DNA of 64,000 nucleotides from Oculina patagonica (Eukaryota): NCBI RefSeq assembly GCF_052425735.1, contig NC_135763.1, positions 5,518,001 to 5,582,000 of the forward strand, read 5' to 3'. Shown piece by piece: positions 25,301 to 37,200 of this stretch (position 1 is its first letter; each line of letters starts with the position of its first letter). The notes under the pieces were generated by a model. It saw only the letters and a program-made list of their open reading frames with translations, ran no database searches and was not told where the DNA came from. The position numbers and the translations under genes were made by a program.

Positions 25301-28014
25301 CACATGGTCTGTAATGGGGCAACAAAACGCCCAAGCGAAAAAGGTCTATTAGCCTGAGTGAATGAGGCTGCTGGGTTTTTGCGGTCCGCACTCATACATA
25401 ATGTCAGTTTCTTAAATCTCTTTATCATATATATAGCGAGAATTTTAAGAAATAAACCTTGCAAATAGAGTTCTATATTTGCTATATTTCACATGTGAAA
25501 AAAGCGATACGTCCAATCAGCTTCGCGTATAGCTTTCTTCACATGTGAAAAATATTACCAATCAACGTCTGGAGTGGTACGACTTAACCAATCACAGTGC
25601 GGGAATTCAAATGGTTTCCAACAAGGTCGAGAAAGCGAGCTGCAAGTTTGCTCCCTACGGCAGTTTATGTTTCGAAAACATGGCTACATGTTTTCTTCCT
25701 TTACACAAGCTTGCCTTTTAAGAACTTAATGGAAATGCAAGCCAACAGAAACACGCTAAGCAAAACCTAAAGAATACAGCAGTGATAAAAATCATTCTTC
25801 AAAGGCGAAGCGAAGACAGGCGAAGGCGAAGTGTCGATAAGTGAAAGCGAAGACAAGACTTCAAAGCGAAGCGAAAACAGGCGAAGGCGAAGTGTCGATA
25901 AGTGAAAGCGAAGACAAGACTTCAAAGCGAAGCGAAAACAGGCGAAGGCGAAGTGTCGATAAGTGAAAGCGAAGACAAGACTTCAAAGCGAAGCGAAAAC
26001 AGGCGAAGGCGAAGTGTCGATAAGTGAAAGCGAAGACAAGACTTCAAAGCGAAGCGAAAACAGGCGAAGGCGAAGTGTCGATAAGTGAAAGCGAAGACAA
26101 GACTTTCATCGGAACTAACAACACATATGCGGACTTTCTAAGAATATTCAGGCACTTTTGGGATCGTCTTGGTTAAGTCAACTGCATTTTTAATCTGGAT
26201 TTACGTGGTAATTATTGTTAAATTAACCGACTCATTGTGTTGCCACAATTTGTTCCCAATTCGCCAGTTGATTCGCCAGTAGTTTATTCGCTTGTGGCGA
26301 AGTTTCCTCGATGCGATACGAAGTTTTTAACGTTAATGTAACGTTGTGTGTTTATTTAAATAAAGTTTTATCTAGGAGAATTTGTCGCCAGTAATTTTTC
26401 TTTTTTACATGTATATTATTGAAATAGCTATGTGCATTTGCAGCTTTGTTTTCTCGCGCCGTTAACTGCAGATGTTGTATGTCAAAGGTTTCAAACTGGA
26501 AAAATCGGCGTAAAGTGTTCAATGGTTTAATTCTCGTTATATATATATAATAAACAAATTACAGCATAGAAAGTGCTTTGTACGGATTTTTATTCACTCG
26601 TTGCAAAACTTTGGTAAACTCACTTGTTCGCTACGCTCACTCGTTCGTTTTCCCGAAGTTTTGCAACTCGTGAATAAAAATCCGTACGGCGCACTTTCTA
26701 TGAAGTAATCTATATATCCAACACCTCTATACCAATAACTCTTCAGTAGACTTTCTCGCTCATTTTCAGTTCCTCAAATATGAGAGAAAATATTAAAAAA
26801 AGTATTGAGTGAAATTGTGAGGTTAAGTACTACAAATCAATATGTCTCGTTTCCTCGCAAAACTTTAATTTTTTTTTTACAGATCAGTGTAGGGATGTCT
26901 TACCGGAATGCAGAGACTTTGCAAAGAGGGGAATGTGCAATCACCCATCACCTTTCCACAGCATCCAGCAAATAAGAAAAATATGTGCGTTCTCCTGTGG
27001 CGTTTGTAACGGGTGAGTACAAACAATATCATCCACTGCTGGGATAATGACGTCACATCACGTGACAATTACATCATAATATCAAAACAGCCGCCATCTT
27101 GAATCCGCCATCTTGGATTTTGATTTTTTTTTCAAAACGTCAGAAAACCCCCTAAAATTACTGGAAAGTACTCACAACAAATAAAACTGTGCTTAAAACC
27201 CGTAAAAAGGTCAAAATAATTGCTTTAAAGTAATTTTTCATTGATAGAAACACGAAAATTACAATTTTGAAAATCATGCCTGTCAAAATGCCGTTTCCAT
27301 GGTGACGTCAAGTTTCTGACAGAATGCAACTAACCCTACCAAATTATTCTTAGATAAATTTTAGATAAAGTATGGCAGCGTTTGGTTGAATATTGAAAAA
27401 GTTATAGTCGTTCAAAGTCAGCGCGGGCCCTTTTCGTCCCCCCCCCCCCGGTCTGGATAGGGGTAATAACGTGACAGCCATGTTTGCTTTGTAAAAACGA
27501 TACGATTTCACTTCTTTGGGTGGCATTTTATTATTATATGGGTATTTGATTCCCGTCAGGGACTCAGAATTTTTTTGTCCCATACTCGCGTTACATTTCA
27601 TATTTTCTCGATCATGGATGTGTTTGCACCTTCTCGTCTTCATCCCTCCTTAGCTTCTTAAAAAGTTTATAGTAAAACGCTATTATTTGCTATTCATTTT
27701 TCAGTTACGACGAGAACGCAGCACTGCTTCGAAGACACACGAAATCGCGACTTTATGTTAGGCCTGCATTGCGTGCAAAACTAAACAGAGCCCTGGCACA
27801 GATCATCCAAAACCATGATCTTGAAGGCAATTCCACGCTGGAGCCTCAGCAGAACAAACCTGGTTGCAAGGAGGAGCAAACAGGAAATAAGAAAAGTCAT
27901 GATACCAACGATTTTACAGCCCAAACACGTGATATGAAGTTGTCAGATGATGCTGGACAAGACGAATTGAGTGGATCAAGTGGATCTTCCAAAAGTTTAA
28001 AAGATATCACATGA
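19342..28014 (+). CDS. Gene B: secreted Cys/Pro-rich (minicollagen-CRD-like) protein with ShKT domain, about 428 aa after correcting one frameshift
   Basis: Exons 19342-19426 (MCLRLLWKLKIFLLIVWISAVSTLRLKS, signal-peptide-like, g|gttagt), 20132-20470, 21416-21442, 23711-23731, 24505-24880 (one extra C at 24675-24681), 26883-27012 (ShKT), 27705-28014 (TGA); AATAAA near 28172 and 28215. Total 1287 nt, divisible by 3 after removing one C. Confidence 0.78.
19964..20071. repeat. About 50-bp direct duplication in gene B intron 1
   Basis: aaatatgctacactagctaataaacacttctgcactgccttaacaaactg occurs twice. Confidence 0.9.
20132..20470 (+). CDS. Gene B exon 2: basic/His-rich region ending in a Cys cluster
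   Basis: tctag| AKHHKDHKASRR...RRACYYGKGPGCCSSCCPS t|gtaagt; 339 nt. Confidence 0.8.
20780..21077 (+). mobile_element. Full-length tRNA-derived SINE, family 1, with 13-bp TSD
   Basis: A/B boxes; ttactgccaagag duplicated at 20767-20779 and 21078-21090. Confidence 0.92.
22448..22636. mobile_element. Foldback element (47-bp perfect outer arms)
   Basis: aacaaatggtaaacgtcacagcgtgcactattgagttacagatgcac and its exact reverse complement; related hairpin in the opposite orientation at about 48362-48553. Confidence 0.85.
23040..23493. mobile_element. MITE with about 36-bp TIRs
   Basis: tatataccagaaacccataagggttgaaacgtgtaac ... gttacacgtttcaacccttatgggtttctgtatata. Confidence 0.85.
24505..24880 (+). 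CDS. Gene B poly-Cys/poly-Pro exon (apparent 1-nt frameshift)
   Basis: ttcag| CCCCCCSSSPPPPPPPPKKPPPPPCPMVCLPICLPCPKPPPCRPICIP...PPIFI g|gtaagt; overlapping ORFs 24450 and 24703 join at a C7 run. Confidence 0.8.
25150..25350. mobile_element. MITE (aatagacc...ggtctatt)
   Basis: Imperfect long TIRs aatagacctgtttcgc / gcgaaaaaggtctatt. Confidence 0.75.
25421..26718 (-). mobile_element. Same element, inverted copy 2, with internal 61-bp expansion
   Basis: Ends tttatcatatatatagcgag and tgaagtaatctatatatc are the reverse complements of the copy 1 ends. Confidence 0.9.
25798..26103. repeat. 61-bp tandem repeat x5
   Basis: unit ttcaaagcgaagcgaaaacaggcgaaggcgaagtgtcgataagtgaaagcgaagacaagac; register shifts by 1 per 60-nt line. 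Confidence 0.95.
26883..27012 (+). CDS. Gene B ShKT-domain exon
   Basis: tacag| DQCRDVLPECRDFAKRGMCNHPSPFHSIQQIRKICAFSCGVCN gg|gtgagt; 130 nt, phase 1-2. Confidence 0.9.
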
Positions 28015-28742
28015 ACAAAAGGCTTCGTATAGGGAAAAGTCATTGCGAATTCTCTACGAGTAATTATTTTGTAGCATAGCAAAGATACATGTGAGACATG
28101 CGATGGTCACGAGTAATTTTTAAAAAAGTGTCGAAACAAGCAAAGTTCGATTGTATTGTTATTTATATAGAAATAAAAACTCCGAAAGAGTTTTAAGTAG
28201 TCAGAGAAATACGAATAAAATTTATATTTTTATGATGAATTTTGTTTTCTTATACAATTAACAAACCTGCGTTAAAAATGAGACATGTCGCAAGGTAGTT
28301 CCACGGATCTGAAATCAATGCATGGGTTACTTTTGGTGAGTCATGCCCCTGGCCTGGTTGCCTTTCACTACATCTAACAAACAAACAAACAAAACAAGCA
28401 AAGAACAAAAACAGTCACAGACAAAACTCCCATCTCGTTAATGCTTGCTCTATATCATGAACATTTTAGACTCGAATATCAACCATATCTTAAGGGGAAA
28501 CTACAGTTTAAATGAAGGGGATAATGTATCAAACTGTTTTATTATCCAAGACAATTCAAGGTTATTTTTTTGTACGCCTTGAGAATCAAGATTTCCACTG
28601 TGAAAAGTTCTCCCGCAAAAATTACTTTTGCCAATTTATCGGCAACAATAAACAAGCGGTTAAAATAACAAAAAAAGGATCAGAGTGCATCTCTGAAGGC
28701 GGTCAATTGTTTTCAGGAAATGATGTATTCTCTTCTGTCTAA

Positions 28743-29080
28743 TACCGTAAAATTCCGGTTATAAGCCCCCCCGCTTATAAGTCCCCCCCCGGTTATAGGC
28801 CCATCTTCCTGGAAACAAAAAAATACATCCGATTATAAGCCTCCGCGGATATAAGCCCCCCTCTACCGGACGACAGTACTAAATATGACTAAATGTTGCT
28901 TTATTATGCGTTTTTAACTAAAAAACGTATTTCCATCAACACTCTCGTGGCTCGTTTCGAAACGTTTTTTCATTCCGCTTATAAGCCCTCCCGGATATAA
29001 GCCCCTCCGCTTATAAGCCCACCGAAAACCCCCTTTCGAAGTTCTATAAGCCCAGGGCTTATAACCGGAATTCTACGGTA
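28743..29080. mobile_element. TA-flanked MITE (Tc1/mariner/pogo-like) with tataagcccc internal repeats
   Basis: taccgtaaaattccggttataagccc ... gggcttataaccggaattctacggta. Confidence 0.85.
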
Positions 29081-29627
29081 AGCCGAGAAAGATAGTGCAA
29101 TGCTGTTTGTAGTTTATATTAAAGGAAGGTTTGTTTGGGGTGTTGTTTAAAGGTCGTGACAGATGATTAGCAACCAGATCGAGAACTCATGGTCAATACG
29201 ATTTATTAACGGGTGATTTATTATACTTGAACTACCAATCAAGATATTGACCTGTGGAACCTGTTATGTAATCCCAGTAAATAAAACCGGCGGAGCATCT
29301 TAAAAACTAAACCTTCGACAGCCAGAAAATAGTTTTCCTGGTGCAAGGAAAAAATCATAACAATAAAAATGTTTTAAAGGTGTATGACTTCTTGAAAAAT
29401 TTGTACATTTATAAATGCTATAATTCATTTGGATTTTTATCACCAACTAATTACCGTTATCATTTATATTAAGGGTGGCCGCACTCCACTACCCTGCACT
29501 CAGATATTTATTCAAACGGATAGGGCCTCCTGCTGCTACACCCTCAGACAGAGGTTAACTAGGTTATCATAAATAATCCATTCTTGTCAAAACTGGAAAC
29601 ATTATTTAGTCGCGCTCCGCCTTTATT

Positions 29628-32116
29628 ATGTCGTTTTATTTTGTCGCATGTCTTAGGCTATCTCTGGTTATTATGCTGCTTATTGCTGCAGCCCAAGCAG
29701 GGGACCATACAGGTATATCTACTGTGTGATTGTCACATTTTTTTGTTTTCAGTTTTAACAATTAGCACTCAACACTTAAGATCGACTAATTAACACATCG
29801 GAAACAAATAATCATGTTATCTTAATGTTTGTGGGGATTCAGAAAATTAAATTAACAGCATAATTATAATCTGTCATGAATTTATTGCCAAAACACCCGG
29901 ATAAACTGTCAAAACATAAGGGAAATGGTCAAAACTATTTTACTCAGACAGGACCCACCACTCTGCAAAGAGACGACAGGTGGTCTGTTCATGTACCCGA
30001 CCTTTCCCACCTTTAAAGATGGTGTCTTGTTTGTAAAGCCCCAGCTCTATCAGGAGTACAAGGTTAGGAAAAAGATTCAAACCTCCTTGTGCCATTTCTC
30101 CAGCAATACAAGCTTCATGCACACCAAATATAAAAGTCTCAACTTGAATTTTGAGGTCAATAAATTTTGTCCATTTGGCTAATCAGACAGGTGGTGTCTT
30201 GCATAGCCCCCCTCCCCCCCCCCCCCCCTGATGTCCAAGTTACATGTGGGCGATCAGGATCAAAGCCCTTGTTCTTATAAAACTCTCTGCATCGTTGCTT
30301 GAAGCGCCAATCCGCCAGAGTAATAGACCCTCACATATAGCAGGGATCGAAAAAAAAAAAAAACCATAACATGTACACACACAAGAGAATGTAGTTGACG
30401 GCCGTGGATATCAATGCAGTATATGTAAGCCCTGGGGGGAATAATTTCAATGTTGAGATAATTATTTGTAAGAATCGACTTTATATCATCTTTCCGTGTA
30501 ACAACATTTTCTGTGTTTGCATATAACCTGTGACTGCTTATGTTTTAATTTTCTCCAGCAGTGCAGAAGCATAAATACTATAAGAGAAATGGTGGCGACA
30601 GAGCGACCAGAGCACATCTTCTCTGGGATCTGATATTAACAAGAAATAACCTTAGACTAAAAAGAAATTCAAAAACTCGTCCTTTGCACATGTCCAAGAG
30701 TAAGGAGGTTTACACTGTTCCACTCAAACTTGGTAAGTGCATTCAAGTCTGGAGAAACAGTAATAAATTAATAAATTGATCACGTGACGCGAAAGTGTTC
30801 ACCCTCGGAGGGCACAAGGAGGGCACTATCAATGCCCGGATGGATAGTGCCCGCACGTGAAGTTTTTTGTAAACAAGCGTGCCTGCAGACAAAAACCCAA
30901 CCAAATTCACTGCATTAAGTGGGTTTCTTGTCTGGTTTTGTTTCGTTTGTTAAATTTTGGGATTCAATTGTGGTTTTTTTTCCTGAAAAGTAAAGAATAA
31001 TTCACGATGCTCGCTTTTGAATGAGCGCGCGGAAGAAAATTTAGTGGTGAACAATAAAAACGATAGAGTGTTTCAGTCTCGGAATTATCGGTCTGGCAAA
31101 TGCCCCTTGGAAATTTGATGTTCTTAAAACTAGCATACAAACCATCGAAGCTTCTCTTCCCGGGCTAATATTTGTTTTAAGAACATCAAATTTCCGCGGG
31201 CAACTATCAGTCGATAGTTCTTCGACAGAAACATGACTTTTTAAATAGGACGCCTTGCAATTTTCGGCTTTGTAAAAAAGAATGTTACGAACTGAATCAG
31301 CCTTTGTGCATTAATTTCTTCACAGGACTTTGCACAGATCAACATCCAATGTGTAGCTCCTATGCATTAAATGGACTTTGTGACTGGCCTGGACTCTTTC
31401 AAGACCTGAACAACATTCATCAAATATGCGCATTTTCGTGTGGATACTGTAAAAAGTTAGTACACATCAAGAATTCCATGTTTTTAGTTTAACTTTCCTT
31501 TCATCAATACACCAATATCAGAGCAGAGCAGTGACCGGTGGGGTTACTTTTCAAGCTGCCTGTCAATGTTTTAACAATACTAATACGCTGTTGCAAACGC
31601 TGAGCTGACACAAACAAACAAACAAAAAAGCAAACAAACAAACAAACAAATGAAACAAAACAAACGAACAGACAAAGAGAAGAACACGAAATAGAACGGT
31701 AGTCAGTTTAACTCACCCTACTAACGTATAGTTCATTTATCGCCAGGGGTGTTTATTAAAAACTCGGCCTTAAAAACCCGGCATTTATTTCTGCTTCGGC
31801 ATTTTGTAAGCAGTACAATGTTCATCAGCGTCCTTAACTCCAATTAGATCGTGCGGTCCGGGGTCGAACCCTGAGTGTGTTCTTGGGCAAGACACTTAAC
31901 TCTTATATTGCCTCTCTCATCCCAGGTGTATAACGGGTACCAGCGAATTTATTGCTAGGTGGGTAACCATCACTAGCATCCAATCGGGGGGGTGGGGGCA
32001 GGGAGTAGAAATATTGCTAGTTAATTATTCCTAAATCAATCAACAAAACAAGAAAATGATTCCATTGTAGCTCACTGCCTTCGTCTCAGCTCTGCTCAAC
32101 AACTATAAATCTGTGA
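29628..32116 (+). CDS. Gene C: small secreted ShKT precursor (signal peptide, basic pro-region, ShKT), about 144 aa
   Basis: Exons 29628-29712 (MSFYFVACLRLSLVIMLLIAAAQAGDHT g|gtatat), 30559-30732 (two KR sites), 31326-31455 (ShKT), last exon 32071-32116; alternative ending 32122-32147 spliced to 33055 giving a split TGA. Confidence 0.75.
31326..31455 (+). CDS. Gene C ShKT-domain exon
   Basis: cacag| GLCTDQHPMCSSYALNGLCDWPGLFQDLNNIHQICAFSCGYCK aa|gttagt; 130 nt. Confidence 0.9.
31845..32020 (+). mobile_element. Truncated SINE family 1 copy
   Basis: gtgttcttgggcaagacactt...cccaggtgtataa...gggtaccagcgaattt matches the SINE core; approximate bounds. Confidence 0.75.
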
Positions 32117-34219
32117 ATCAGTGAAGTGAAGAGGGCATTTCGCCTATGTAAGTTTCCTTAGCTTGAGTAAAAATAAGTCTGTTTGCCGCTTTTTCTTAAC
32201 GCTTTAAGACTCCATGGCCGATATATCGGCCATACAAAGCATGCCACACAATTTTGCTCAGCGGACGCTCTCTATTTAGTTCCCAGCCTTCCCCTGCAGT
32301 GCAACGCCTGGGAAAACAATTCTCCACCATTTGTAGTCGTTTTGCGCGCGTTTCTGCGAGATTTTTTGGTCAAATTTCAATCGTTATGAAGAGACAATAT
32401 TGAAGTTTATGAGTGAAATGAAGGTTCTCTTGGCCCAGGAAGGCTCCTCCACATTTGTTTTTGTAGCTAGGGAGAACAGTAAACAGCAATGGAAGCATTC
32501 TGGCATGATTTTTACATCAAATTTTGGTATTTTCTGACTTTCTAAGAAAATGGTGAAATCCAAGATGGCGGATCCAAGATGGCGGCTCTTTTGACGTCAC
32601 GTGACAACATATAGAGACACATCCAACAAAATTTATGTGATCTTGTAGAGTAAGCTAAGGGCTTTCTACTCAGTGCAAAATAATTTTGCTGTGCCTTAAT
32701 AGAAGGTAAACCCTGGGGAGGGGTTCCATCCACCCATCACCCCCTTGTACGATGGTGGGGGTGTGAGTTTGCTTGTACGTCCGAGGGTTAATATGTCAGA
32801 TGAAACAGACAATAGAGCAAATTTATACACTGGTCCAAAATTGAAGAATTTCACTGAAGAATCAGCTTTATGAAATATTATATACATAACGCCAAAGCTT
32901 TTTAAGCGCAAATGTCCCGACAAAACGCCTGTTGATACGCTGTCCAATAAAAGCGGGCGAGGGGACTTTTTAAGTGGCGTTCATTCAACATACGGCGTTT
33001 TAAATGCAATGTGATTGTCAAACGTTGTTCATTGTGTGTCATTTCTTTTCAAAGGAACATGCCAAATGGGGGAATTGACTTTGTCGGAGCCAGTTGGAAT
33101 ACACCATGAAAGATAACAATCTGCCAATGTCAGGCAGGCTCTTATACAGCAAATCTAAGTAACTGTACAAATGAAAGGAATCAGAAAGATATACATGTAT
33201 AAGTGCAGTTTTAGCATATTATTTTCTTAGCTGCGTAGCTTGCGGGATAAGGGGGAGCTCAACTCCTCGCCAATCCTTTCGCGGCTTGGCCACCCGAGTT
33301 GATCAACTAATTAAAACACTTCACCGAAGAAAAAGCACTCGTACGCGAAAATTCCGCCCGCTACGTATAGTAGGCTATCATTTTTATGAGATATGTAGTT
33401 TACCATATTTGGAAATGTAACTATCTATATATGCGTAAGAACTCACTTCATTGACAATTTCTGGAATGATGAAACTATTATCCTGCGAACTTGCAAAACA
33501 TCGTCTGGATTTAGCCAACTTGAACTGGCCATTATTGGGCCAATTCCCTGCAGCTGGGTGCCAGAGGCTTTATTTCCATGCGCATGCGCTTTTCCCGGTT
33601 TAAAATAGCCGCGCATCGATACACGCATGCTCGTCGTTAAGAACCGTTGACTGAGAACTGTCATGTGTAGGCCGCGCTTTAAAAGGTCTTCAGATAGCTC
33701 CGTTTACAGCTGTATCATTTTTTTAACATGTTTCGAATAAAAGTGAATTGTCAAGTGGAAGAAATTTTTTTTGTAGAATGCACAACTGTTCTAATAACAG
33801 AAAAATGTAGTAAAACAAGAAATAAAAAATCGGAATAGTGCAAGTTGTTTGTTAGATATAGTCTCATATCGAATCTCCTCTTGATTCGCCTGGCGGTTTT
33901 AAAGAACCAGCCGAGATGTTTTGAAGTTGTTAGTATTTAATAATTAATAAAATCGTTAAAATGCAGACCACCAGTTGGTCAAAACAAGAGTTTGTTGGTA
34001 CTCTATTGACATCTTAGTTAGCGGGTCAAGAAGTCCTCTATTACCCACTTAATTTTTCAACTAGCATAAATTATTTTAGCTCACAAGTTGCTGTGACAGA
34101 ATTTAAATGGTCATGGTACACAACCAAAAATGACTTTGAACCTACTTTTGGAGTTAAGAAATGGGTCACTAGCAAGATTATGGTAGCATCTTTGTGGGAC
34201 GTTATCCTTTTCACCCAGA

Positions 34220-37200
34220 ATGAAGGTAGTCATCATTCTGCTCTTGATTTTTACAACAAGTTTGGAAGTTAAAGCGAAAAAACAATCCAAAGCAAGGGAT
34301 ACTTCCGGTATGTATATATTCCAATACCTATTTTAAGAAACAGCCATTACACTTAGACAATCCAAATTACTGTTTAGTATATTTAGGTGACAGTTAATGC
34401 GATAATAACAGTAACGTAGGCAATTTATTTTTTTAACTCAAATGGATCGAAACGCGCGACTTTACAGCCTCAAAGAGAAATCATATTTCAAGTGCGTCGT
34501 CTTTGGTTTCAAAACCAATTTACCAATCAATTAGTCAATTACCATTTACTGTATTTTTGTTATTTATGTTGTGGTTCTATTTTACCCTTAGTACAATTTG
34601 GTATTGTCCTTTGTTCTGGTGTATGGTAATATATAATAATAATAAATTTAAAACAAAGGCAACTGAATGCCAGATTGTGACAGAGGTAAAATGAGCCACA
34701 ACGTTAATGAAAGATTTAACTAATTGTGAAACCCAACGAGGAATTAAGTACGTGCTTTGATTTTTTTTCGTGTCGCTATTTCTATGTGTTGCTGTAATCA
34801 AAAACAGATTGAACAGTTCTACAGCTTCAGTTAAAAAGTGACAGTTCTAGATCCTCATCCGTAGGAACTGTCCCTTGTTTTATAGCGACGTCCGGTACGT
34901 ATGCATAATCCACAGTGACTGACATGCTATTGAAGAAAGTCGTAATGCAAGCCAAGCATTGACCTGGGATCATGCCCTCCCTCCCTCCGTAAAAAAAGAA
35001 CGCCTGATCGAAGATTAGCTAAGCATCGCCTCTAGGACCTTGGTTATCCGATTTCATGTTTATTAACTGCTTACTACAGTTAAGCTCTTTTAAGCGGCCC
35101 GCTGTTACACGGTCACTTATGAAATTCCGGGAATCGCTCCTCGTGTCTCCTAACTGTACCTCAATCAAGCGATTTCCTCTATTTTAAAGCAGACGCGGAC
35201 ATCACGTTGCCTTCCCAGTTAGATTTCGTGGGAGGCGTGGTGACCTAATAGCTAACGCGCCGCATTTCAGATCGAGCGGTCCGGATTCGAGCCCTGGCTG
35301 GGGTCACAGTGCTGTGTTTTTGGGAATGTAACTCTCATAGTGCCTCTCTCCAAACCAGTGTGTAAATGGGTAGCGGCAAATTTAATGTTAGGGTTAAATC
35401 TGCGATGGAATAGCAACACGGATAAGTGCCCGACTGATGGACCACCGGGATCGAACTCAATAATTACTTTAAGTTAAGATATAATGTGATGTAAAGCAAA
35501 ACAGGTCGTCTCACAAACGTTACCTTAAAAATGTGCATCATGTGATCTATGTCGCATTATAGATCAAGTTTTTGACCTTTTTTCCATATTGATCGTTAAA
35601 TATCTCGATTAAACGGTCAACACTACGATCTATACTTGCGAAACAAAATTTATACAATGTCATTCATTCTGTACAGGTAAGTAAATTTCAATCACTCCTT
35701 GCAATTTTTTGATGCAGAAAGGTGCATGTTTTAGCAAACTGTAATAATGGTTACTTTAAACCATGGTTATGAGAGCTAATAATTAGTTTACTTTTTTTAA
35801 GTTTCCTCATCATTCCAACGTGAACTCAGATGGCTGATTCAGAGAGTACATCCTATAATGAGGACGTCACCCACGGAAAGCTCACAGAAGAACGACGTCA
35901 TTCAGTTATTGAAGACCAGAAAGGCATTCGCTGCCGCTAAACGCGCCGTTCGTAAGAATGTAGTCAAAAGATCTTCGAGAAGAGACTTTCTGAAAAAAGT
36001 AACATCGCTTATCAAAGAGAAGGAAGATGAATCGATTAAATCGTCTGGTAAGATGAAGAATTGGGGTGAAGTAGATTATAATCAGATTTACAGCATAGTA
36101 CAACGGTACATAGGGTATAACAATCTTATTTTTGGAATTTCAGATTTTCGATTGACAATTCCTTTACGTCTGCATTAACTTTTCCTTTCCTAGTCCATCA
36201 TCATTTCCATTAGTCCATCATCATTAATGTTTGAAGGTTTCTCGCAAAATCTTAATTGGGCTGAATTGAAAATAATAAACTTGGCGTACGCTGCCTGCTA
36301 TGCTTTCGGTGGAAATACTTGCAAGTGAATAGAAGCCTTAGGATTCCTTAGAATATGGAGCACTTTTCCATCCATATGGTTGGCAAGCTGTATTCTTAAG
36401 AACAACACCTTACAGTTTAGTACAGAACGGTTGAGTGCAGTGTTGTGCAGAAGAGGAGGATACAAGAGTTGAGAGGAATGTGCGGTGAAATAGACTTGAG
36501 TGAGACTATAAACTTAATCTCACTGATAGCACGTGCTTGTTCAGCTTTGCAAAATTGGTTTATCGATTGAGTTTAGTTCTGCTACATCGATAATTGTTTA
36601 ACATTGAATATTTCTCTCTCTTGTTTCAGTTTGTAGACCAAGTGTTGACCTCGCTTTCGTGATTGACGGCTGCGGAAGGAAACCGTTCCATGTATGCACA
36701 GATTTTGTCAAAAACTTCATTAAGGGATTTTCGTTTCCGAAGAGTAAAACTCGAGTCGGTGTCATATTGTATTCAAGAAAAGCAAAGTTATTATTTGGGT
36801 TTAACTACTTTAGAAACGCTGAAGACTCGTTTGATGCGTTGAACCGTATACGCTTTACATTGAAACAACCAGGTAAACCTGAAAATATTGGCTCCGCCAT
36901 GACTAAGGCACACGACATGCTTTTTAGTGGCAGCAGAATGGGAGTGCCAAAAGTTTTGGTAGTCATCACAGCGGCTCGGGCTAATGATGACATCATTAAT
37001 CCATCAAATCGCTTACGGAACGATGGCGTCGTTATATGTGCGGTGGGATTTGGTAATGATTTTGACAGATCACAGTTGGAAATGATAGCTAGTAAGCCAG
37101 TTCACGAGCACGTGTTTTCAGGAGACACTTACCAGTCAAGTGAAATCACAGGAGTCTTGAAAAATGATCTGTGTCTAGGTAAGATCTGGAGATAACTATG

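Noticed and set aside
25798-26103. CRISPR-like array
   Set aside because: Units are head-to-tail identical with no unique spacers, lie inside a eukaryotic repeat element, and there are no cas genes.
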